Shown here: piece after piece, positions 57,149 to 64,000 of the stretch
How the letters are laid out: every line of letters starts with the position of its first letter
How positions within the stretch are numbered: position 1 is the first letter of the stretch
Source of the DNA: Hydrurus foetidus
Lineage: Eukaryota
NCBI GenBank assembly: GCA_900617105.1
Contig: UYFQ01000732.1
Coordinates: 1-64,000 of the forward strand
Direction of reading: 5' to 3'
Length of the DNA: 64,000 nt
Notes under the pieces: model-generated
What the model saw: only the letters and a program-made list of their open reading frames with translations
The model's database searches: none
Told to the model about the DNA's origin: nothing
Translations under genes and position numbers: made by a program

Positions 57149-60100
57149 ATGGCCCAGTTTTTTATCGACCGCCCCATCTTTGCGTGGGTGATAGCACTGT
57201 TTATTCTGGTGATGGGGGGCGTGGCGATCACGCAGCTCCCCATTTCGCAGTACCCACCGGTGGCGCCTCCGTCCATCGTCATCAACACCGCTTACCCCGG
57301 TGCCTCGGCCCAGACGCTGGAAGACAGCGTGCTCTCCGTCATCGAGCGCGAAATGAACGGCTCGCCCGGCCTGATCTATATGGAATCGGTGGCGCAAGCC
57401 GACGGCTCCGGCAGCATCACGCTGAGCTTTGAGACCGGCACCAACCCCGACCTGGCCCAGGTGGATGTGCAAAACCGCCTGTCGCGCGCCAGCCCGCGCC
57501 TGCCGGCGGCGGTGACGCAACAGGGTGTGCGCGTGGACAAATCACGCTCCAACTTCTTGCTGTTCACCATGCTGTCTTCGGACAACCCGGACATCGACCC
57601 CATTGCGCTGGGCGACTACGCCTCGCGCAACGTGGTGCCGGAAATCCAGCGCCTGCCCGGCATCGGCCAGGCCCAGCTGTTTGGTACCGAACGCGCCATG
57701 CGCATCTGGATTGACCCCGCCAAGCTGGCCAGCTTCAACCTGTCCACTGCAGAAGTCACCGCCGCCATCCGGGCGCAAAACGCCCAGGTCTCGTCCGGCT
57801 CGATTGGCGACCTGCCCAACATCACGGGCCAGAGCATTGCCGCCACTGTGGTGGTGAACGGACAGCTGGGCAGCGTGGCGCAGTTTGGCAACATCGCTCT
57901 GCGCTCCAACGCCGACGGCTCCGCCGTGCGCCTGAAAGACGTAGCCCGCATCGAACTCGGTGCCCAGAGCTATGCCACCTCGGCACGCCTGAACGGCAAA
58001 GCCGCCATCGGTATCGGCGTGCAGCTGTCTCCCAGCGGCAACGCCATGGCCGCGGCCAAAGCCGTGCGCGAGCGCATGGAGCAACTACAAACCTACTTCC
58101 CCAAGGGTGTGAAGTGGACGATTCCCTACGACAGCTCGCGCTTCGTGAAGATCTCGATCTCGCAGGTAGCCGAGACGCTGATCGAAGCCATCGTGCTGGT
58201 GTTCCTGGTGATGTTCTTGTTCCTGCAGAACTGGCGCTACACCATCATCCCGACCATCGTGGTGCCTATCGCGCTGATGGGAACCTTTGCCACGCTGCTG
58301 GCCTTGGGCCTGTCTATTAACGTGCTGACCATGTTCGGCATGGTGCTGGTGATCGGTATCGTGGTGGACGACGCCATCGTGGTGGTGGAGAACGTCGAAC
58401 GCATCATGAGCGAAGAAGGCCTGCCGCCGCTGCAGGCCACCAAAAAGGCCATGGGCCAGATCTCGGGCGCCATCATCGGCGTGACCGTGGTGCTGATTGC
58501 CGTGTTCGTGCCGCTCGCCTTCTTCAAGGGTTCGGTGGGCAACATCTACCGCCAGTTCTCGGCGGTGATGGTGAGCTCGATTGCGTTCTCGGCCTTCATG
58601 GCGCTGTCGCTCACCCCAGCGCTGTGTGCCACGCTGCTCAAGCCGGTGCAAGCGGGCCACGGCCACTCCAAGACCGGCTTCTTTGGCTGGTTCAACCGCG
58701 GCTTCAGCAGCACGGCCAAGGGCTATGAAAGCTTTGTGGCGCGCCTGCTCAAAAAGGCTGGCCGTTATCTGGTGATTTACGCCGCCATCATCGGAGCCGT
58801 GGCCGTCATCTACATGCGCCTGCCCACGTCCTTCCTACCCGCGGAAGACCAGGGCAACATCATCGTAAACGTGCAACTGCCCCCAGGCGCCACCCAGGCA
58901 CGCACGCTGAATGTGATGCAACAGGTGGAGGGCTTCCTGCTCAAGCAACCCGAAGTGCAAAGCATGGTGGCGGTGCTGGGCTTCAGCTTCTCGGGCCAGG
59001 GGCAAAACGCTGCGCTTGCCTTTGTGACACTGAAAGACTGGGCCGACCGACCCGGCCCCGAGCACTCGGCGCAAGCCCTGGCTGGCCGCGCGTTTGGCGC
59101 ACTCATGGGCATTCGCGATGCGTTCATCTTCCCGCTGAGCCCTCCTCCCATTCCTGAACTGGGTTCTGCATCGGGTTTTACCTTCCGCCTGCAAGACCGC
59201 GGTGGCAATGGGCACGATGCGTTGATTGGCGCCCGCAACCAGTTGCTGGGCATGGCGTCCAAGAGCAAGGTACTGACCCAGGTGCGCCCCGACGGCCTGG
59301 AAGATGCACCGCAGCTGCAGATCGACATTGACCGTGACAAGGCCAGCGCTCTGGGCGTGAGCTTCGACTCCATCAACAGCACCATCTCCACGGCGCTGGG
59401 CTCGGCGTATATCAACGACTTCCCTAACGCGGGCCGCCTGCAACGTGTGGTGGTGCAAGCCGATGCAACTGCGCGCATGCAGCCAGACGACATCCTGAAG
59501 TTCAACGCCACCAATAGCCAAGGCAAGCCCGTGCCGCTGTCGGCCTTTGCCAGCACCCGCTGGATCAAGGGTGCCATGCAGACTGTGCGCTACAACGGCT
59601 ACCCCGCCGTGCGCATCAGCGGTGCGGCAGCCCCCGGCTTCAGCACCGGTGCGGCAATGGCCGAGATGGAAAAGCTGGCCGCCCAACTGCCCGCAGGCTT
59701 TGGCTTTGAGTGGACCGGCCAATCGCGTGAAGAAAAGCTGGCGGGCTCGCAGGCCACGGTGCTGTATGGCTTTGCCATCCTGGCGGTGTTCCTGTGCCTG
59801 GCCGCGCTGTACGAGAGCTGGTCCATCCCGCTGTCGGTGATTTTGGTGGTGCCATTGGGCGTGCTGGGAGTGGTGGCTTCCACGCTTCTGCGCGGCTATG
59901 CCAACGACGTGTACTTCCAGGTGGGCCTGATCACCATCATTGGCCTGTCCGCGAAGAACGCGATTCTGATCATCGAGTTTGCCAAGGACCTGCAAGCCCA
60001 GGGCAAGGGCCTGGTCGAGTCGGCGCTGGCCGCGGCGCACCTGCGCTTTCGCCCCATCGTCATGACCTCCATGGCCTTCATGCTGGGCGTGCTGCCTCTG

Positions 60101-60304
60101 GCAATTGCCAACGGCGCGGGCTCGGCCAGCCAACGTGCCATTGGCACTGGCGTGATCGGCGGCATGGTGGTTGGCACCTTCTTGGCCGTGTTCTTTGTGC
60201 CCATCTTCTTTGTGGTGGTGCGCGGTATCTTCAAAGGCAGCGAGCGCCAGCACCAGTTTGACGCCGCCCACGGACACCACATTGGAGGCGAATCCCATGA
60301 GTAA
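57149..60304 (+). CDS. acrB: RND efflux permease (HAE1)
   Basis: FFIDRPIFAWV, IVVDDAIVVVENVER, AKNAILI, LRFRPI; 1051 aa. Confidence 0.92.
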   Translation: MAQFFIDRPIFAWVIALFILVMGGVAITQLPISQYPPVAPPSIVINTAYPGASAQTLEDSVLSVIEREMNGSPGLIYMESVAQADGSGSITLSFETGTNPDLAQVDVQNRLSRASPRLPAAVTQQGVRVDKSRSNFLLFTMLSSDNPDIDPIALGDYASRNVVPEIQRLPGIGQAQLFGTERAMRIWIDPAKLASFNLSTAEVTAAIRAQNAQVSSGSIGDLPNITGQSIAATVVVNGQLGSVAQFGNIALRSNADGSAVRLKDVARIELGAQSYATSARLNGKAAIGIGVQLSPSGNAMAAAKAVRERMEQLQTYFPKGVKWTIPYDSSRFVKISISQVAETLIEAIVLVFLVMFLFLQNWRYTIIPTIVVPIALMGTFATLLALGLSINVLTMFGMVLVIGIVVDDAIVVVENVERIMSEEGLPPLQATKKAMGQISGAIIGVTVVLIAVFVPLAFFKGSVGNIYRQFSAVMVSSIAFSAFMALSLTPALCATLLKPVQAGHGHSKTGFFGWFNRGFSSTAKGYESFVARLLKKAGRYLVIYAAIIGAVAVIYMRLPTSFLPAEDQGNIIVNVQLPPGATQARTLNVMQQVEGFLLKQPEVQSMVAVLGFSFSGQGQNAALAFVTLKDWADRPGPEHSAQALAGRAFGALMGIRDAFIFPLSPPPIPELGSASGFTFRLQDRGGNGHDALIGARNQLLGMASKSKVLTQVRPDGLEDAPQLQIDIDRDKASALGVSFDSINSTISTALGSAYINDFPNAGRLQRVVVQADATARMQPDDILKFNATNSQGKPVPLSAFASTRWIKGAMQTVRYNGYPAVRISGAAAPGFSTGAAMAEMEKLAAQLPAGFGFEWTGQSREEKLAGSQATVLYGFAILAVFLCLAALYESWSIPLSVILVVPLGVLGVVASTLLRGYANDVYFQVGLITIIGLSAKNAILIIEFAKDLQAQGKGLVESALAAAHLRFRPIVMTSMAFMLGVLPLAIANGAGSASQRAIGTGVIGGMVVGTFLAVFFVPIFFVVVRGIFKGSERQHQFDAAHGHHIGGESHE

Positions 60305-61730
60305 GTATTTCTCCCCCGGCCGCCCTGCCCTGCGCCTGGCCACGCTGTCTGCCGCGCTATGGCTGGCAGGCTGCAGCTTCATTCCCAGCTTCCAGCGCCC
60401 TGAGGGGCCGGTGGCGGCCAACTTCCCGGCCGTGAAGCCCGAGACTGCAGCCCAGGCCTCGGCCCGCATGGCCGCCGACATGGAATGGCAAGCCTTCTTC
60501 CAAGATGCGCGCCTCAAGCGCCTGATCGAACTGGCCCTGCAAAACAACCGCGACCTGCGCGTGGCGGTGCTCAACATCGAGCAGACCCGGGCCAAACTGC
60601 AAGTGGCCCGCGCGGATGAGCTGCCCACCGTGAACGCCGGCATCAACGGCAGCCGTGGCCCTGCCGCCAATGGCGCCATTGTCAGCAGCTACACCGCTGG
60701 CCTGAGCGTGACCGCCTACGAGCTGGACTTCTTTGGCCGCGTGCGCGCCTTGGGCCAGGCCGCCCAGGCCCAGTTGCTGGGCACCGAAGAAGCACGCAAG
60801 ACCGTGCAGATCAGCCTGATCGCTTCGGTAGCCAACACCTACCTGAACCTGCTGGCCGACGACGAGCTGCTGCGCAGCACGCGCGAGACGCTGAAGACGC
60901 GCCAGGATTCGCTGCGCCTGATGCAACTGAAGTTTGACAACGACGCTGCGTCCAAGCTGGACTTGAGCAGTTCGCAGTCGCTGCTGGAAGGCGCCAAAGC
61001 CAGCCTGGCTCAGCTGACCCGCCAGCGCGCCCAGGACGAAAACGCCTTGGTGCTGCTGATCGGCCAGCCTCTGCCCACCGACCTTCCGGCCGGGCTGGAC
61101 ATGGCGCAGCAAGGCCTAGTGGCCGACCTGCCCGCCGGCGTGCCGTCGGAGCTGCTGACGCGCCGCCCCGACGTGCGCCAGGCCGAGCAAAACCTGCTGG
61201 CCCTGAACGCCAACATCGGTGCAGCGCGCGCGGCATTTTTCCCGCGCATCACGCTGACCGCCAGTGCGGGCGTGGCCAGCAACGACCTGGAAACATTGTT
61301 CAGCAACGGCACCAGCGCTTGGAACTTTGTGCCCCAGCTGCTGATGCCCATCTTCGACGCGGGTCGCAACAAGGCCAACCTGGAAGCCGCCAAGGTGAAC
61401 AAGGAAATTGCGGTGGCGCAGTACGAGAAGGCCATCCAGACCGGCTTCCGCGAAGTGGCCGACGCCTTGGCCGGCCGCGCCACGCTGGGCGACCAGCTGC
61501 AGGCGCAGACGGCCCAGTTGGAAGCCGAGAAGACCCGCATGGGCCTGACCGACCTGCGCTTCAAGAACGGCGCAGCCAACGCGTTTGACGTGCTGGACGC
61601 CCAGCGCTCACTGTTCACCGCCCAACAGGCGGCGGTGCAAGTGCAACTGCTGCAGCTGCAAAACCTGGTGACCTTGTACAAGGTGCTGGGCGGTGGCTGG
61701 ACGGAGGCTGCTGCAGAGCAGAAACAATAA
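60297..61730 (+). CDS. RND outer-membrane lipoprotein (OprM/NodT family)
   Basis: LAGC lipobox; ELDFFGR, RRPDV, AAFFPRITL, LYKVLGGGW. Confidence 0.92.
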   Translation: MSKYFSPGRPALRLATLSAALWLAGCSFIPSFQRPEGPVAANFPAVKPETAAQASARMAADMEWQAFFQDARLKRLIELALQNNRDLRVAVLNIEQTRAKLQVARADELPTVNAGINGSRGPAANGAIVSSYTAGLSVTAYELDFFGRVRALGQAAQAQLLGTEEARKTVQISLIASVANTYLNLLADDELLRSTRETLKTRQDSLRLMQLKFDNDAASKLDLSSSQSLLEGAKASLAQLTRQRAQDENALVLLIGQPLPTDLPAGLDMAQQGLVADLPAGVPSELLTRRPDVRQAEQNLLALNANIGAARAAFFPRITLTASAGVASNDLETLFSNGTSAWNFVPQLLMPIFDAGRNKANLEAAKVNKEIAVAQYEKAIQTGFREVADALAGRATLGDQLQAQTAQLEAEKTRMGLTDLRFKNGAANAFDVLDAQRSLFTAQQAAVQVQLLQLQNLVTLYKVLGGGWTEAAAEQKQ

Positions 61731-61731
61731 C

Positions 61732-61787
61732 CAAATGGGGCTCTAGCCCGCGTGGATATTGCGCGAACAGCTCCTAATTTAGGAGCT
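61732..61787 (+). repeat. 56-bp dispersed repeat, copy 7, whose right arm forms a terminator-like hairpin
   Basis: caaatggggctctagcccgcgtggatattgcgcgaacagctcctaatttaggagct; AACAGCTCCTAA-t-TTAGGAGCTGTT followed by a T-run. Confidence 0.85.
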
Positions 61788-61868
61788 GTTTTTGTTTGGG
61801 CGGATGAGGATAAGCCCCCCCTACAGCCAGTTTCGTAACCGGCCATGCGCACACCGTGGAAGCTGGGT

Positions 61869-62303
61869 TCACCGCTTGAACGCCAATAGCAAAACGCCAC
61901 CAGCGACCATGGCAATACCTGCCCACTCCCGCGGCGCGGGTCGTTCGCCAAGAAACATAACAGCAAATACAGCGACCAGCACCAGACTGAGTTTGTCCAC
62001 CGGCGCCACCTTGGACGCGTCACCCAGCTTGAGTGCACGGAAGTAGCACACCCAGGAGGCACCGGTAGCCAAACCTGACAGACCAAGGAATGCCCAAGTC
62101 TTCAAAGAGAGCTCAAGAGGGTTGGACCACTTGCCCGCGTAAGCGACAAACGCTGACAGCACGACGATGATGATCGCCGTGCGAATCAGAGTTGCCAAAT
62201 CGGAGTCCACGCCCTGGATACCGATTTTGGCGAAGATGGCCGTCAGCGCAGCGAAGACTGCGGATAAAAGCGCCCAGTAAAACCAATTGCCAGGTTCTGC
62301 CAT
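61869..62303 (-). CDS. EamA/DMT family small transporter
   Basis: FAALTAIFAKIG, GASWVCYFRAL, VAPVDKLS. Confidence 0.88.
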   Translation of the reverse strand: MAEPGNWFYWALLSAVFAALTAIFAKIGIQGVDSDLATLIRTAIIIVVLSAFVAYAGKWSNPLELSLKTWAFLGLSGLATGASWVCYFRALKLGDASKVAPVDKLSLVLVAVFAVMFLGERPAPREWAGIAMVAGGVLLLAFKR

Positions 62304-62371
62304 GTCGTTGTCCTTTGCAAGCCCATCTCGCCTGCGCAAGAATACTCCCGGCAAGCGGGCTGCTCAATCCC

Positions 62372-62821
62372 TCAATTCCAGCCAATCACGTCGTAGCCCT
62401 TGTCTTTCAGGCAGCGCTGCACAAAGTGTCGATAGGTTGGGCTGGCTTTTTCGCTCAAGGCTCCCGCCACTGCACCTGCAGATCCGCCCACTGCGGCGCC
62501 GGCCACACCAGACTCCGCAGCATGCTCTAGGCCCTTGCCGCGCACCAGTGCACTTACGGCGCCAGCAACACCGCCCACGGCAGCACCCTTGCCAGCACCG
62601 TGTGCCACTGCGTTGTCTTTCTCTTCTGGCGACAGTCCAGCGCTGCTGGCCTGCGCCATGCACGCCTGTGCGTCCTGGTTGGCCCTGTCCTGGCCCACCC
62701 GGTTCAGGGTTGCATTAGGGTAGAACACAGGCTTGGCGGACGGACTGCCACTCCCTGTGCTGGCACACCCCATCAACCACAGAGACACCAGAACGGGGAG
62801 AACAACAGTCCGATTTTTCAT
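62372..62821 (-). CDS. Glycine-zipper lipoprotein
   Basis: LMGC lipobox; GAAVGGVAGA; C-terminal CLKDKGY. Confidence 0.8.
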   Translation of the reverse strand: MKNRTVVLPVLVSLWLMGCASTGSGSPSAKPVFYPNATLNRVGQDRANQDAQACMAQASSAGLSPEEKDNAVAHGAGKGAAVGGVAGAVSALVRGKGLEHAAESGVAGAAVGGSAGAVAGALSEKASPTYRHFVQRCLKDKGYDVIGWN

Positions 62822-62836
62822 GCCTTGGCCTCTTGC

Positions 62837-63433
62837 TTACTTGGTGTGGTGCACAGTGCGCACGTTGTGCTTGTCATGCAAGACATCCTCGCTCTGGTGG
62901 TTCTCTGCCGTCTGAATACGGACCTGCTCACCCTTGCCGATATGCCCGTTTCGGGCCGCAGCGGCTTCGCGGTGGTCTACGCGTGCTTGTCCGCGCTCCA
63001 GTTGGCCCGCTTCACGCTTGGTGACTGCGCCAGATTGCACGCCTGCTTCAATGCGCTTTTCCTGGTCCACGTTGCGCTGCACATCCGCTTGCAAGCGTTC
63101 GGACGACTTGGACTCGGGGTTGCCTTTGGCATTGTTGTTCTCTGCACGGTGAATATCCTGGCTGGCCTTGTTCTGGGCCCGGAGCAATTGGGCGCGTTCA
63201 CGTGGCGAGAGAGAGCCGTCTTTCAGGTCCTTGGCTTGCAAGCGGTCAATGCGGCTTTGCTCCTTTTCCAGACGCCCGGCCTCTTTGGTATTCAGGCCGC
63301 CGTCTTTGAGGCCACGCTCAATGCGGGTTTGTTGGTTCACGTCGCGCTGAACGGTGTCGGCAGTGGTTTGCGCAAACGCACTGGCAGAGCCCAGGGCAAT
63401 CAGAAGGGAGGCAACAACAATGCGGTGTGTCAT
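62837..63433 (-). CDS. Secreted hypothetical protein with two internal repeats
   Basis: Signal peptide ending AFA; QRDVNQQTRIERG.../QRNVDQEKRIEAG... duplication. Confidence 0.75.
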   Translation of the reverse strand: MTHRIVVASLLIALGSASAFAQTTADTVQRDVNQQTRIERGLKDGGLNTKEAGRLEKEQSRIDRLQAKDLKDGSLSPRERAQLLRAQNKASQDIHRAENNNAKGNPESKSSERLQADVQRNVDQEKRIEAGVQSGAVTKREAGQLERGQARVDHREAAAARNGHIGKGEQVRIQTAENHQSEDVLHDKHNVRTVHHTK

Positions 63434-63702
63434 AGGGAGTCCTTGGTTTGGGTGCAAAGCCACATCGGCTTCGTAGCTACAACGCCACGCCGCTCCAGGC
63501 TGCCGACCTGGAAGCCTCACAGAATTGTTACTGCGGGGTAAAGCCCAGATGACCCCAAGGAAATCACGCCACGCTTTGGCCGGCTGCTGGTTGCATGCGC
63601 ACTGTCTGTCATTGTCTGCGGCGTGCTCGTGTACTTCATGAGCGACAGGTTCGCAAGCTGTTGCGATCTGTCCTGGCTGGATCGACTGAATCACTGAATA
63701 TC

Positions 63703-63757
63703 AATAGAAACCCGCGATAGCCCGCGCAGATTTTGTATTGCGCAAAACCTATTTTTC
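63703..63757 (+). repeat. Possible degenerate copy 8 of the 56-bp repeat
   Basis: TAGCCCGCGCAG...TATTGCGCAAAACCTATTTT; needs gaps to align. Confidence 0.35.
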
Positions 63758-63764
63758 GCTCACG

Positions 63765-63965
63765 TCATTGGTTTGTCGATGTGTCCTTCGCTCTGCCAAT
63801 CAAGGCATCAGCAACACTGGTCGCGGCCCTCAGTCCCTCCGCGTCAGTACCAAACTGGTGCTCGCGCAGCAGCTCGGCGCAAATCAATAGTTTGTCACGC
63901 GTGGCAATCAAGGCTGCCGCAGTTCGCAGCAACTCCTCTCTTTTTCGATCGTTTTCGCTTTCCAT
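63765..63965 (-). CDS. Small hypothetical protein
   Basis: AAGGAGG RBS; 66 aa, helical composition. Confidence 0.55.
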   Translation of the reverse strand: MESENDRKREELLRTAAALIATRDKLLICAELLREHQFGTDAEGLRAATSVADALIGRAKDTSTNQ

Positions 63966-64000
63966 TTCAGACGCCTCCTTTACAGGCTAGTCACTCAAAA

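Noticed and set aside
58835..60679. Long antisense ORFs (614 aa here, 447 aa opposite acnA, and many others)
   Set aside because: Expected shadows of high-GC coding strands; no motifs or RBS.
2705..61787. 56-bp repeats as CRISPR repeats, integron attC sites or Xer dif sites
   Set aside because: Kilobases apart with no spacers; no RYYYAAC/GTTRRRY ends; no dif-like 11-6-11 arms; no cas or integrase gene in the window.
63542..63697. 51-codon frame with a TM helix (SPDDPKEITPRFGRLLVACALSVIVCGVLVYF...)
   Set aside because: Preceded directly by an in-frame TAA with no start codon before the helix; at best a remnant.

Overview
A 64-kb stretch of a high-GC betaproteobacterial chromosome. Gene content and the dispersed intergenic repeat point to Comamonadaceae (Rhodoferax-like); this assignment is an inference. 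From left to right: (1) the left end of an IS1380-family element inserted into an AT-rich P-loop (STAND/NACHT-like) NTPase gene; (2) small regulator/effector pairs: NIPSNAP-ArsR, an AlbA/TipA-like MerR regulator with an MFS pump, and SDR/AraC; (3) a Pho-box-preceded operon of a DUF3299-like protein and an alkaline phosphatase, then a bactofilin; (4) a 13-kb catabolic island for an unknown sugar or polyol (cupin PGI, AroE-fold protein, sugar ABC transporter, FGGY kinase, HAD phosphatase, SDR, UlaG-like lactonase, EtfBA, and a divergent FAD 2-hydroxyacid dehydrogenase plus RpiR); (5) a 16-kb signalling island (LysR-AhpD-standalone CZB; MCP-HD-GYP-cheZ-cheY; two PAS histidine kinases, five receiver proteins including REC-Hpt and HTH-REC, a second HD-GYP and an orphan solute-binding protein); (6) more core-like genes (PEP-CTERM protein, histone-like protein, FAD monooxygenase, CadR/CDF, acnA, molybdopterin oxidoreductase, YcgR-like PilZ, AcrR-AcrAB-OprM-like pump). 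The main non-genic signal is a fixed-length 56-bp element present in 7 clear copies, all on the + strand. It sits at module boundaries, supplies one gene's stop codon, and is inserted in frame inside aconitase. No rRNA, tRNA or CRISPR array was seen. All calls come from motif recognition by eye, without database searches.
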